Counted from the stretch's first letter, positions 1-10,584 are shown. The stretch is DNA of 64,000 nucleotides from Candidatus Latescibacterota bacterium (GCA_965204375.1 OZ241986.1:3200001-3264000), one strand, 5' to 3'. Notes: generated from the sequence alone by a model not told the origin. Translations and numbers: made by a program.

Positions 1-1779
1 ATACGCACCATCAGCACGCTTTCCAAACGCGAAAAATCCTTCCTCGACGACTATTGCCACGCAGAACTCTACCCGGTTTTAACCCCGCTCACCATCAGTC
101 CCGCACACCCATTGCCACGCCTGATCAACAAAGCCCTCTGCATCGCTCTTTTGCTCAAAAATCGCGAAGGCGAAACATTGCTCGGCGTCGTGCAGGTTCC
201 CCGTCTATTGCCGCGTCTGATTCGCTTGCCCCGGGAAGAAGACAGCCAGCGCATCGACTTCGTCTTCCTCGCCGATATTGTCCAGGCGCACATTCCCGAA
301 CTTTTCCGGGGATATCAAATCCTCGACTCGGCGGCATTCCGCATCACCCGAAATAGCGATCTCTACTTAGACGAAGAAGAAGCCGACGACTTATTGCTCG
401 CCATTGAAGACGAATTGCAAAATCGACGCAAAGGCGACACCGTCCGCCTCGAAATCGAAGCCGATGCCAGCCGGGCACTTGTCAAGCGCCTACAATCGAC
501 ATACAGTCTGAAAAACAATCAGGTGTATCAGGTCAACGGACCGGTGAATCTCAACCGTTTGATGGGACTTTATAGCGCGACTCCCAGACCCGATTTGAAA
601 TATTCACCCTATCACCCGCCCGACCAGACGTATGAGGAAGTTGATACCCTCTTTGACCAGATCAGACAAAAAGATATACTGCTTCACCATCCCTACGATG
701 CCTTTACACCCGTTGTTCAATTCGTCAATTCGGCAGCAACCGACCCCGATGTACTCGCCATTAAACAGACACTCTATCGCACCAGCGAAGATTCCCCCGT
801 TATCGATGCACTGATTCGCGCAGCAGAGACGGGCAAAGAAGTAACAGTGGTTGTTGAACTCAAAGCGCGATTTGACGAGGCATCCAATATTCGATGGGCG
901 CGCCGCCTTCAGGATGCGGGTGTATGCGTCGTATATGGGGTTGTGGGCCTTAAAACGCACTGCAAACTCTCGATGCTGGTCAGACGTGAAACCAATAACG
1001 GGCTACGCCGCTACGCCCACATCGGCACGGGCAATTACAATCCCTCAACCGCCCGACTTTATACGGACCTGGGATTGTTCACAGCACGCGAAGACATCAC
1101 AAATGATGTAGCCGAAGTTTTTAACCTGCTCACCACGCAATCTGCACATCCCCAGGTCAGCAAGATGCTCATTGCACCCTCTACCATGCTCGATTCCATC
1201 CTTCAAAAAATCGACCGCGAAATCGACAATGCGCGCCAGGGACGCACAGCCCGTATTGTTGCAAAAATGAATTCACTTCAAGACCCCAAAGTCATTCGCG
1301 CGCTATATCGCGCATCCCAAAACGGCGTGCAAATTGACCTGATCGTACGCGGTATATGCTGCCTGCGTGCGGGGGTTCCCGGTATAAGCGATAACATCAG
1401 AGTGCGCAGCATCATCGGGCGCTTTTTGGAACACAGCCGCATCTACTACTTTGAAAATAACGGAGATCCCGATGTGTACATCGGCAGTGCGGATTGGATG
1501 CCTCGAAATTTGCGCCGGCGCGTAGAAACGCTTTGCCCAATTGAAGACCCGGATTTGATTGCACGGATAAAAACAGAACTCCTCAGCACCTGCTTTGCCG
1601 ACAATGTCAAATCGCGCGAAATACTGCCCGATGGCACACATCGTCACATTACACCCGCCCAAAATGAACCCGCATTCTGCATGCACGACATGCTCATGAA
1701 CCTTTCCCTGGGTGAACCCGTCGATATCCCCGACTTTTTCCAAACACCATCCTCAATCGAATCGACCGCTGCTACTTAG
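1..1779 (+). CDS. ppk1: Polyphosphate kinase 1 (5'-partial; frame open from base 1)
   Basis: LLHHPY, IKQTLYRT, ELKARFDE, GLKTHCK, HIGTGNYN, GRFLEHSR and GSADWMPRN motifs; frame 1 reads ...LYPVLTPLTISPAHPLPRL from the window edge. Confidence 0.97.
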   Translation: MRTISTLSKREKSFLDDYCHAELYPVLTPLTISPAHPLPRLINKALCIALLLKNREGETLLGVVQVPRLLPRLIRLPREEDSQRIDFVFLADIVQAHIPELFRGYQILDSAAFRITRNSDLYLDEEEADDLLLAIEDELQNRRKGDTVRLEIEADASRALVKRLQSTYSLKNNQVYQVNGPVNLNRLMGLYSATPRPDLKYSPYHPPDQTYEEVDTLFDQIRQKDILLHHPYDAFTPVVQFVNSAATDPDVLAIKQTLYRTSEDSPVIDALIRAAETGKEVTVVVELKARFDEASNIRWARRLQDAGVCVVYGVVGLKTHCKLSMLVRRETNNGLRRYAHIGTGNYNPSTARLYTDLGLFTAREDITNDVAEVFNLLTTQSAHPQVSKMLIAPSTMLDSILQKIDREIDNARQGRTARIVAKMNSLQDPKVIRALYRASQNGVQIDLIVRGICCLRAGVPGISDNIRVRSIIGRFLEHSRIYYFENNGDPDVYIGSADWMPRNLRRRVETLCPIEDPDLIARIKTELLSTCFADNVKSREILPDGTHRHITPAQNEPAFCMHDMLMNLSLGEPVDIPDFFQTPSSIESTAAT

Positions 1780-1935
1780 CCTGACTAATTCATGAAAAGT
1801 CATGATTTGGGGTAGTATGTAAGCGCAAAGTTGCATTTTCGCCCTCTGGCTGGAAATTTTGGGGTACTTTATTTGAGCCGTTAGATTGCGCGACAAAGGA
1901 ATAGCCCACACCTTTGGCGCACCTCGAGTACAGAA

Positions 1936-1967
1936 AAAGCCCGTCGATTACCACATCGACGGGCTTT
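1936..1967. terminator. Intrinsic terminator-like hairpin downstream of ppk1
   Basis: AAAGCCCGTCGAT-TACCAC-ATCGACGGGCTTT, perfect 13-bp stem. Confidence 0.7.
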
Positions 1968-2205
1968 ACCTTTGAGGCTGTGTTTGCTGCGGCCTTTGCA
2001 GATTTTCGGCTATTTCAACTAAAAATAGGACTTGACCTGAACTCTTGTTTAACGGTATATAGCATATAGCAAAAAAAAGCCAAACAAAATTTCGTTTGGC
2101 ACATATCATATTTATTAACAATTATTTAAAAAATAATTATTGGACGATATATAGACCTTATCAAAAATATTTTTGACTCGTTTGAAAGGAGATAGGAGGG
2201 GTACC

Positions 2206-2706
2206 ATGTTTAAGCAGGTGATGATGGTGGTTATCCTGCTACCTGCTTATGTACAGGCAGAACCGACTGTATCAGATTGCGATTTCAATAATAATGGCCA
2301 GGTGGATTTTTCCGATTTTATAGCATTTGCACAGGCGTTTGGGACAGATCAGGTACTGTTTGATCTGGATGGCAATGCCCTGGTCGATTTTCAGGACTTT
2401 ATCATTTTTGTCCAGTTCTACGGTCAGGAAACAACGCCCACATCTATTCCCATTGGCCTTCAAGTTGGGCAAAGAGCACCCGACTTTATGCTGAGAACGC
2501 TCACTGATACGCCTTTCAAACTTCATGATCAACGCGGTAAGCCCGTGTTCCTCAACTTCTGGGCGACATGGTGTGGCCCCTGTCTTGTCGAAATGCCCGA
2601 TATGGAAAAGCTGCAACAGGCTATGGGGGATCAAATTCTGATCGTTGGTATTGATATACAAGAACCGCTTCCGCAGGTACAGAGGTTTGTCCTGCTGTTC
2701 TCTTAA
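2206..2706 (+). CDS. Exported protein with N-terminal paired EF-hand/dockerin-like domain and C-terminally truncated TlpA/thioredoxin domain
   Basis: AGGAGG RBS, signal peptide, DFNNNGQVDFSDF...DLDGNALVDFQDF, then APDFML...LNFWATWCGPC; ends shortly after IVGIDIQE. Confidence 0.8.
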   Translation: MFKQVMMVVILLPAYVQAEPTVSDCDFNNNGQVDFSDFIAFAQAFGTDQVLFDLDGNALVDFQDFIIFVQFYGQETTPTSIPIGLQVGQRAPDFMLRTLTDTPFKLHDQRGKPVFLNFWATWCGPCLVEMPDMEKLQQAMGDQILIVGIDIQEPLPQVQRFVLLFS

Positions 2707-2787
2707 AAACCGAGCGGATACCGAATCAAAAAGTGCAAATTGCACTTTTTGGGAAAGCCGTTTATCACTCTTTCCAGGAGGATTGTC

Positions 2788-4221
2788 ATGTGGCGATTGA
2801 ATTCTCACAGATTGTTAGTTGCCCTGGTCATTATTTTTATCGGATGGGGACAGATGGAAGCACGTCCTCCCTGGATTGACCAAAAATTGGGTGCCCCGGA
2901 CGGCAGTCCCAATAGTGTTGCACAACAACAAGAACCTGAAACTATGGTAACTTCGTTTGTTATCGGCGGAGTGACGCTTCAGGAAGATGTAAAAAATCCG
3001 CCCGTGCCGAGCGGGATGCAGAGATTTGAAATCACAATGAATAAACCCGTCGTAACTGTTACCACATTAAGGGAACCGGAAATGATACCCAACTTCGATG
3101 GTGACACCATCACCCTGGTAACTGTCACCAGGGGCTTTGATATTGACCGAGATTTTGTCTCCTATCCCCTCGCGTTTCTTGCATCCATCTATACCGCGCC
3201 CGATCTGGCCGCCAGTCCGGATAGCTTGACACTAACAGGTACTATCAATTTACCCGAAGGTGTGGTCTATCAGGTGCTTATTGGCCAGTCAGACCCAGAC
3301 CCCATTGAAGAACAACAGCAGTATTTCTTCGGCACAGTAGAATTGCCAGAGACCACTGTTTCTGGCGTAGCGATATTGCCAGAGGGTTTTACTCCGAGCG
3401 AGAGAAGTGCCAGTTGGGTTGGACTGTTCGATCCCGCATTATATTCAAAAGCCTTGGAGATAATAGAAGAAGACACTGATCTAATCAACTTCGGCGTTGT
3501 TCGCGCAACCAATTTGAATGAACAACAGGAATTCGAGTTGCCACATGTGCAAGATGGATCTTATGCACTTATTGTAGGCCAACGTGCTGTGGATCCACAA
3601 GGAAACGAGGTTCAATTGCTTGCTTTTAGGGGAATAAATTCCGTAACGGGCGCGGTGACTGATCCCGAAGCATTGATTCAAGTGGTGGATGGGAAAAGTG
3701 TGACAGGCGTGGAAATTGTGTTGCAAAAGGAGCCAGAACCCGTTGAAATTCGAGAAGTCGGCGTTCAAAGCGTGGATGTTGAAAACAATTCGTTTTTCAT
3801 TCAACGCGGTATTCATCAAGTAAGAATAAGTGTCTCAGAAGCTTTGATGATTGACCTTGGCCAGAGGACTGTCGATGATATTCTCTCGATATTCTTTTCG
3901 GGCAATGTCGATAGTCTTGCCAGTCTGTTTTTCCCCATTTCTGACCTGATGCCGGGAGATACCGTCTCTATTCTTGGCATTCAAATATCTGATTCTCCAA
4001 CTGTGGTTCAAGCGGTAATCGTGATACGTGAGTCTCAACCGCTACGCGGCGATCTGGATAGGGATGGGGATATTGACTTCACCGATTTCTTGCTTTTTGT
4101 TGAGGCTTTCAATACAAACGCCGGGGATCCCAATTATAACCTGCTTGCGGATATAGACGATAATGGCGTCATTGACTTTACCGACTTTCTATCCTTCATC
4201 AACCTATTTGGAACCGCATAA
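2788..4221 (+). CDS. Exported hypothetical protein with C-terminal paired EF-hand/dockerin-like domain
   Basis: AGGAGG RBS, N-terminal hydrophobic signal, C-terminal GDLDRDGDIDFTDF...ADIDDNGVIDFTDF. Confidence 0.85.
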   Translation: MWRLNSHRLLVALVIIFIGWGQMEARPPWIDQKLGAPDGSPNSVAQQQEPETMVTSFVIGGVTLQEDVKNPPVPSGMQRFEITMNKPVVTVTTLREPEMIPNFDGDTITLVTVTRGFDIDRDFVSYPLAFLASIYTAPDLAASPDSLTLTGTINLPEGVVYQVLIGQSDPDPIEEQQQYFFGTVELPETTVSGVAILPEGFTPSERSASWVGLFDPALYSKALEIIEEDTDLINFGVVRATNLNEQQEFELPHVQDGSYALIVGQRAVDPQGNEVQLLAFRGINSVTGAVTDPEALIQVVDGKSVTGVEIVLQKEPEPVEIREVGVQSVDVENNSFFIQRGIHQVRISVSEALMIDLGQRTVDDILSIFFSGNVDSLASLFFPISDLMPGDTVSILGIQISDSPTVVQAVIVIRESQPLRGDLDRDGDIDFTDFLLFVEAFNTNAGDPNYNLLADIDDNGVIDFTDFLSFINLFGTA

Positions 4222-4386
4222 GTTGATCGGTGAAAAAGCTGAGATAACTATATGGACGAAGAAAAATGGCGGTCCCATACGCATAGCGGATAAAGAGACG
4301 GAGAGGAGGATATTAGAAATGGAGGAAAAGCTAAATGGTCTGGAAAATTTCATTGCTACTCTCTCCATTCCCAGCACTATCCACAA

Positions 4387-5679
4387 TCACCTCTTCACGC
4401 GCCTGTACCAATTTTGCAACACATCGTACAAATGCGCCTGTTTCTCGGCGTTTGTGGGATCGTCCAGCAGATTATTCATCTCGTAGGGATCATTTTCCAA
4501 ATCGAACAGATGTGTTGCCACAAAGCCTTCTTTCTCCACCACCAGCTTAAACGCGCCTTCGCGCACCATACACCAGGGCTGCATCTCTGAAAACACCGGT
4601 CGGTCTAAAGTATGCGAAGGATCGCTCATCAGAGGCGCGAAACTATCGCCTTCTACCGAAGGCTCGGGGGATTCTCCCGCATAATCTACACACGTCGCAA
4701 AAAAATCCACACCAGACACCAGATCATCCACCACCGCACCTGCCGCGCCCCCCGGTGCGCGAACAATCAGGGGAATGCGACTCGACTCCTCCCAGGCCTT
4801 GCCCTTATTCGTCTCTCCGTGACTGCCCTGCAAATCCCCGTGATCCGACGTAAACATCACCACCGTATTATCCCGCAACCCCATGCGATCCAGCGCATCC
4901 ATCATCCGCCCCACATTTGCATCCAACTGCGTCACCATCGCGTAATACGCGCGCAGATATTCATCGAGATCATTGCCATAGCGCTGATAAACCGGATCAT
5001 TCTCCTGGGGCTTGGGGCTCGGCGGACTATGCGTTCTCGTATAGGGATCAACCTCCACGCAATTCGGACGTCGCGCAAGGGGCACGCCCCGATACATCTC
5101 GTCGTATTCATATCCCGGCTGCTCGGGATAATGCGGATTCTGATAGGACACAAACAGCGCGAAAGGTGCGTTACCCACCATCTTCTCCATGCGCTCAATC
5201 GCAATATCACTCGTCACATCTGTTCGGTGATGATCGTACCAATGCTCATCGCCCGCTTCATCGTAAAATTTCACACTGTGCAAAAAATCGTTATAACACT
5301 GATACCCGATAAACTCCGTAAAATCCGCCCGCAACTCGGGTGGGATCCACACATTACCCGTTGCGCCCAAATGCCACTTGCCCACCCAACCGGTTCGATA
5401 CCCCGCATCATTCAGTGCACCTGCCAGTGTGCGCGTCCCCTCGGGAATATACCGCCCATTGCGCAACGTATCTGTCTGCGACCCGTATTGTCCCGAAATT
5501 AGCGTCGCGCGAAACGGCGTACAAACCGGTGCATTGGAATAACAATTGCGAAACAAAACCCCTTCTTGCGCCAGCTTGTCCAGATTTGGCGTATGAATAT
5601 CCTCCGTCCCCATACACCCCATTGCAAAAGCGTGCATCTGATCGGCAAAAAGAAACAGAATATTTGGTCTATCGCTCAT
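4387..5679 (-). CDS. Sulfatase (formylglycine-dependent)
   Basis: PNILFLFAD, CTPFR (CxPxR), GKWHLG, FTSDHG, LFDLENDPYE. Confidence 0.95.
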   Translation of the reverse strand: MSDRPNILFLFADQMHAFAMGCMGTEDIHTPNLDKLAQEGVLFRNCYSNAPVCTPFRATLISGQYGSQTDTLRNGRYIPEGTRTLAGALNDAGYRTGWVGKWHLGATGNVWIPPELRADFTEFIGYQCYNDFLHSVKFYDEAGDEHWYDHHRTDVTSDIAIERMEKMVGNAPFALFVSYQNPHYPEQPGYEYDEMYRGVPLARRPNCVEVDPYTRTHSPPSPKPQENDPVYQRYGNDLDEYLRAYYAMVTQLDANVGRMMDALDRMGLRDNTVVMFTSDHGDLQGSHGETNKGKAWEESSRIPLIVRAPGGAAGAVVDDLVSGVDFFATCVDYAGESPEPSVEGDSFAPLMSDPSHTLDRPVFSEMQPWCMVREGAFKLVVEKEGFVATHLFDLENDPYEMNNLLDDPTNAEKQAHLYDVLQNWYRRVKR

Positions 5680-5709
5680 TAGTTGCTCCTTGTGTTGGTT
5701 AATATCTTT

Positions 5710-6720
5710 CTAAAACCGCGACCCTTCAAATTGTCCAAACGGCGACAAAACCCCGACACTATCACCTACTTTCTCCAGCAGGTCGCGATGCTCATCGGTC
5801 ATGGGAATACCGATCTCGCGGTGCTCTCTTTCCCATTGCCATTCCATGCCGCCGGCCAACTCGGCGCGATCATGCCCCGGCAGGGGTTTTGTGGCGCGCG
5901 CCTCGCCGACATAGAGATCCATCTCCTGCTTAAACGCCTCCACATCTGCAAATCGCCTCACATCAAACACCGCAATAAACGCACCTTGATGTGGCGCTGC
6001 ACCTTCACCTTCACCGGTAAACTCATACCCTTCATTCCAGATACCGGCCAAAATCCCTCCCATCGCCTGCAGCACAGCCGCCAGCCCCAAACCCTTGAAA
6101 ACTGCCGCGGGAAACTTCTCAAATGATTCTTCACTGTAAGGGATAAAGTGCGCCGCCATATCCATAACCAGAGGGGGTTGTTCCCCAGTGGGTACGGCAA
6201 TGCTAATCGGCGACCCACCCGACGCACTCATAACCGTCGCATCTGGACGCGGGCGATAGCGATGAGAAGACAGGGCCATCCCAATACAATCGCTGGCAAG
6301 CACCATGCGGGAATAATTGCCCGCCGCGCCAAAGTGGAAGTGATTCCGCGTCGTCACCGTACTCACCCCCACCTTTAACGCCTTTTCAATCGCCATCTCC
6401 GTTCCCCGATGCGAGGGGAAATACCCCAACCCGCCATCCCCATCCAGTATAGCCGTCGCCTCGGACTCGGACACCACCGTCACATTGGGTCTCGGATTGG
6501 TATGCCCATTCTTCATTTCGGATATATAACTATGCACCTGGCGCGTGCCGTGACTGAATACACAGCGCAAATCATTTGCCGTCAACGTAACCGCCATGTG
6601 CTGCGCGTGTTCTTCGGACGTACCCACAGCGAGAAAAAGCGCGCGTACAAATGATTCCATCACCTCACATGGCACGCGAATCCCGTGATCTGGATGTGAA
6701 TTGAACAATCGCGATGGCAT
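5710..6720 (-). CDS. Ldh_2 family (malate/L-sulfolactate dehydrogenase-like) oxidoreductase
   Basis: DLRCVFSHG, LDGDGGLG, RNHFHFGAAG, PISIAVP, MDMA motifs. Confidence 0.9.
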   Translation of the reverse strand: MPSRLFNSHPDHGIRVPCEVMESFVRALFLAVGTSEEHAQHMAVTLTANDLRCVFSHGTRQVHSYISEMKNGHTNPRPNVTVVSESEATAILDGDGGLGYFPSHRGTEMAIEKALKVGVSTVTTRNHFHFGAAGNYSRMVLASDCIGMALSSHRYRPRPDATVMSASGGSPISIAVPTGEQPPLVMDMAAHFIPYSEESFEKFPAAVFKGLGLAAVLQAMGGILAGIWNEGYEFTGEGEGAAPHQGAFIAVFDVRRFADVEAFKQEMDLYVGEARATKPLPGHDRAELAGGMEWQWEREHREIGIPMTDEHRDLLEKVGDSVGVLSPFGQFEGSRF

Positions 6721-6732
6721 AAATCCTCCTTC

Positions 6733-8208
6733 TCACGCATGCCATTGAATCTGGGGCATATCGGATTTTGGGGGTGGGGGCCAGTGCAGCCCGCGCTGGC
6801 TGGTCAGCCCCCGGTTGGGACCGGGGTGATACGGCTGGTCTGGCAGGCCCACCAATTGTCCATTCTCGACCCATGCTTCATCCTCGCCGTAAAGTTCGCC
6901 AATCAAAAGCTCGGTCAACCGCGTCAGGGCCTCGGCGTGTTGCGGATCGGACGACAAATCCACGAGTTCACAGGGATCGTTTTTCAGATCAAAAAGCTGT
7001 CGAAAATTTCCCACAGAATAGTAAATCAACTTGTAGCGTCCATCGCAAATCATCCGCGTCGCGTGGGCATCTTCGCCAACCTCGCCGTAAAACCAATCCC
7101 GCTTCTGCTCGCCAACCATCGACATTCCCTCCACAGTATCGGGAATATCTACACCTGCCAGATCCAACAACGTGGGCATCACATCTTGCCACCCCACCAG
7201 GCGATCATCCACGCGATTGAACCCAACCCGCTCATCGCCAGCAGTACCGAGCAAAATCATTGGAATATTGGCCGACCCCTCGTAGAAAAGCCGCTTCGCC
7301 AACATATTGTGATTGCCCAACATATCGCCGTGATCCGACGTAAAACAAATAATCGTATTGTCGAGCAAACCTTCCTCCCTCAGCGTACCAATCAACACGC
7401 GCAGACTGTGGTCAATGTGGGTACACAGGGCATAAAACGCACGCCGCGCCATCTCGATTTGAACCGCACTGTGCTTGTCTCCTCGCGCAGTCATTGATTG
7501 GAGACTATAGGGAAGATTGCCAGACCGAACCCAATCGCCCATAAACGGCGTATCCATCTCCATATCCCGATAAAAATCCAGGTACTTCTGCAACGGCACG
7601 ATCGGAGGATGTGGATGCCGATAGGAAATAAACCAAAACGATGGACGCGTGGGATCTCGCCTTTTAATAAATCGCGCCATATTCTGAGTCGCCCAATTTG
7701 TCGCATGGGTTTCGTCGGGCAAATGCCAGGGCACCGCACCATACTCGTTATTGCTCATACCGTGATTAAAGTGCTCGCCCGCATAGCCCTGATCGCCTAA
7801 AAAAAGCTCGTAATCGTCGAGAACCCCGTACTGCGTGCGTCCCTCTTCGTCTAAAATCACATCGTCAAACCCAATGCGATCCCGCTGTGGAAACACATGC
7901 AACTTGCCCACGGCATACGCCTGATATCCCGCATCGCGAAAGGTCTGCGCCAGAGTTGGCATATCGGGCATTTCGAGTGTCTCCTTAAACACGCGATCCC
8001 CGTGTGTTCGCGGCGTGGTACCCATCATCAACGTGCGCCGCGCTGGAATGCACACCGGACATTCGGCATAACAATTGGAAAAACGCACACCACTTCGCGC
8101 CAATTCATCCAGCGTCGGCGTCTGAATAACAGGATGACCATCACATCCCAAAAGATGCGCCGGCCAGTGGTCTGTCGAAATCAACAAGACATTCGGTTGC
8201 ACAGACAT
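6733..8208 (-). CDS. Sulfatase (choline-sulfatase-like)
   Basis: Start MSVQPNVLLISTD after GAGG RBS; CIPAR, GKLH, FTSDHGDMLG. Confidence 0.95.
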   Translation of the reverse strand: MSVQPNVLLISTDHWPAHLLGCDGHPVIQTPTLDELARSGVRFSNCYAECPVCIPARRTLMMGTTPRTHGDRVFKETLEMPDMPTLAQTFRDAGYQAYAVGKLHVFPQRDRIGFDDVILDEEGRTQYGVLDDYELFLGDQGYAGEHFNHGMSNNEYGAVPWHLPDETHATNWATQNMARFIKRRDPTRPSFWFISYRHPHPPIVPLQKYLDFYRDMEMDTPFMGDWVRSGNLPYSLQSMTARGDKHSAVQIEMARRAFYALCTHIDHSLRVLIGTLREEGLLDNTIICFTSDHGDMLGNHNMLAKRLFYEGSANIPMILLGTAGDERVGFNRVDDRLVGWQDVMPTLLDLAGVDIPDTVEGMSMVGEQKRDWFYGEVGEDAHATRMICDGRYKLIYYSVGNFRQLFDLKNDPCELVDLSSDPQHAEALTRLTELLIGELYGEDEAWVENGQLVGLPDQPYHPGPNRGLTSQRGLHWPPPPKSDMPQIQWHA

Positions 8209-8279
8209 AAAATTCCTCGCATTTTGGTTAGTCACTATTAACCCCTTCTCACCTCTTTGACGAGCCGTAATACACAGAC

Positions 8280-8308
8280 TTGACACCGTGCAAAAGGTTC
8301 GCTAAGTT
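8280..8308 (+). promoter_or_regulatory. Sigma70-type promoter candidate for the 2-phosphoglycerate kinase-like gene
   Basis: TTGACA-17 bp-TAAGTT, 50 bp upstream of ATG 8359. Confidence 0.55.
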
Positions 8309-8358
8309 CGAGTATGAGCAGTTATTTTTGAAAAAGCTGCGTTTTATGGGAGATTGCC

Positions 8359-9498
8359 ATGGCGACAATTGTTGATGGCAAAAAAAGGATTCCATTTTTG
8401 CGGGGCATGCTGGCGCATTATTTAATCGAGCATGGATTCGCATTTCAAGAGGCATACAAATTCGCAGATGGCATCCGTCGGTCACTTCAAAAAGCGAAAG
8501 ACATCAACGCCGAAGATATGGCCGATCTGGTGCGCAAACAGGTGCAACGCGAATTTGGTGATCGGATAATTGGCGATGCCATTTTTTGGGAACCCACATC
8601 GCGGCAAATTTTTATCGAAGAAGGCGAAGATAGAACACTATTTTCTCTGGAGCGGCTCGCCGATTCACTCGAAGCTATTGGGCTGGATCACGACCTCACA
8701 CACCAGATTGCCTCAGAGGTCGAGCAACAACTTTCGCGGTCACAAGGCACGGTAATTAAGCGATCACAGATCTTTAAAATCACACTGAAAAGCTTAAAAG
8801 ATGGCTATGGATCTCAGTATGCCGAGCGCTATGAGGCATGGTATCGATTTCGCAAGGATCGACAACACAAGCCACTCATTATTCTCATCAGCGGCGCGAC
8901 TGGGGTAGGCAAAACATCCGTGGGAGTGGCATTGGCCAACCAGCTAAAAATTTCGCGTGTCGCATCCACCGATGCCATTCGACAGATTATGCGGTTGATG
9001 ATCGCACCCGAACTGATGCCCGCGTTGCACGCCTCCTCATTTTCTGCCTGGCAACATACGGGCGCGGAGTTGGCCGGTGAGAACCCACCGGTTGTACAGG
9101 CATTTCGCGAACAAGCTGTTCGCGTTGGCGTTGGCGTGCGAGCGATGATTGAGCGCGCCGTTGAAGAGCATGTCAACTTGATAATTGACGGGGTACATCT
9201 CCTGCCCGATTTGATCGATTTGAGCACCTATAAAGATCAGGCAACATTTATCTGGATGATTTTGTACCTGGATGACAAAAAGCAATATGTCGAGCGTTTT
9301 GAATTTCGCAGTGAAGAAGCAATGCAAAGAACATCGCACCACTATGTAGAAAACCTCGATGCCATTTTACAGATTCAGCAACATATCTTAGAGGTGGGCG
9401 AAGCCCATCGCATCATAACCGTTGAGAATGCAAATTTTGACGAAACCGTGCAATCGCTCTCAGCACACATTATGGATGTGTTGCGAAAACGCTACTGA
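8359..9498 (+). CDS. 2-phosphoglycerate kinase-like P-loop kinase with N-terminal ATP-cone-like repeats
   Basis: IPFLRGMLA and LFSLERLADSL cone-like starts; ILISGATGVGKTS, STDAIRQIMR, LHASSF, IIDGVHLLP. Confidence 0.85.
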   Translation: MATIVDGKKRIPFLRGMLAHYLIEHGFAFQEAYKFADGIRRSLQKAKDINAEDMADLVRKQVQREFGDRIIGDAIFWEPTSRQIFIEEGEDRTLFSLERLADSLEAIGLDHDLTHQIASEVEQQLSRSQGTVIKRSQIFKITLKSLKDGYGSQYAERYEAWYRFRKDRQHKPLIILISGATGVGKTSVGVALANQLKISRVASTDAIRQIMRLMIAPELMPALHASSFSAWQHTGAELAGENPPVVQAFREQAVRVGVGVRAMIERAVEEHVNLIIDGVHLLPDLIDLSTYKDQATFIWMILYLDDKKQYVERFEFRSEEAMQRTSHHYVENLDAILQIQQHILEVGEAHRIITVENANFDETVQSLSAHIMDVLRKRY

Positions 9499-9505
9499 TA
9501 CCCAC

Positions 9506-9811
9506 TCATTTTCTAATAATCACAGCGTATTGAAGCGGGCCATCGCCAATATTTTTTATCCCGTGCAAAATACTGCATTCGAGATGCATAGCTTCACCCG
9601 TATTGACCGGATGTGTTTGGTCGCCGTACAGAACTTCGCCATTGCCATTGATGACATAGAAAATCTCCCAACCATCGTGCCGGTGTGGCGGGTGAGCGCG
9701 CTGGCCTGGACCCACTTCTGAAACATGCAAGTGCAGACGGTCGGCATCTGTACCTTCGGTAAACAAAAAACGAGAAATGCCCTTGATATCGGTGCGGGTT
9801 TCGACAGACAT
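9506..9811 (-). CDS. Cupin domain protein
   Basis: HPPHRHDGWEIFYV...LHGIKNIG cupin motifs. Confidence 0.9.
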   Translation of the reverse strand: MSVETRTDIKGISRFLFTEGTDADRLHLHVSEVGPGQRAHPPHRHDGWEIFYVINGNGEVLYGDQTHPVNTGEAMHLECSILHGIKNIGDGPLQYAVIIRK

Positions 9812-9828
9812 AGATGAACTCCTGAAAA

Positions 9829-10080
9829 TTAATGGGGATGGTCGTCGCAGTCGGGGCGGTTGGGATCATCGGTAAACGTACCTGTATCGAGATATTCGAG
9901 AGCCTTAGTATAACTACGGCGCTCGAGAAAATGTCTGAGTTGTGCCGGCGTATCGCGATCAAGGCTGCGCTGAATATCGTCGAGTTTGAGCAAATGCTCG
10001 GCGATATTTTCTTTTTTATCAATAGCCTCAAACATCGCAATGAGTGTGGATCGAATATCTGTAGCTTGATCTGAGGTCAT
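9829..10080 (-). CDS. Small hypothetical protein
   Basis: GGAGG RBS; LRHFLERRSYTKALEYL helix; co-oriented with the cupin gene. Confidence 0.75.
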   Translation of the reverse strand: MTSDQATDIRSTLIAMFEAIDKKENIAEHLLKLDDIQRSLDRDTPAQLRHFLERRSYTKALEYLDTGTFTDDPNRPDCDDHPH

Positions 10081-10200
10081 ACGCCCTCCATTGTATTTAG
10101 AATTGTAAAAAATAGGCGTGTATAAAGAACGCCCGTCAAAATGGACTGCTATTGCAGTTGTACACCAAATAACGGGCGTTTACTTATCATCTCACGAGTC

Positions 10201-10584
10201 TCAAACTTTTGCATCAGAACAAATCTTTGAAAATACCGAGCGATAGTGATATAGCAGGTAGAGTTCAAGAAAGAAAATGAACAAGCCCATCAGAAAGCCC
10301 GCTGGGTCGAGAAAAATATGAAAGAGAAAGATATTCACGACAATGGGCGCGAGAAGCAAGAGGGCAAACGGAATACAAATGCCAATCAGGAGCATAATCC
10401 CACCCACCAACTCCACAATTTTTATGAAATAGAACATATAGCCCGAATCCATCAGTGCTCCGAGGAATGCGCCAGCCTCTGGAGTAGGCTCTGGCATGGG
10501 CAAAAAGGGCACAAAGAAATTGATGCTGAACACAGTAAAAATCAGCCCCAGTATAATGCGAGCGATCAGTGGCAACTTACTCAT
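10201..10584 (-). CDS. DoxX family membrane protein
   Basis: ARIILGLIF...FIKIVELVGG...LAPIVVNIFLFH. Confidence 0.9.
   Translation of the reverse strand: MSKLPLIARIILGLIFTVFSINFFVPFLPMPEPTPEAGAFLGALMDSGYMFYFIKIVELVGGIMLLIGICIPFALLLLAPIVVNIFLFHIFLDPAGFLMGLFIFFLELYLLYHYRSVFSKICSDAKV

Noticed and set aside
4222-4386. Small gene between the dockerin-like gene and the sulfatase
   Set aside because: RBS-like purine runs are present, but the ORFs are very short or run antisense into the sulfatase; at most a relic.
10128-10181. Riboswitch downstream of speD/doxX (AACGCCCGT...ACGGGCGTT inverted repeat)
   Set aside because: Only one 9-bp stem and no recognisable aptamer consensus.
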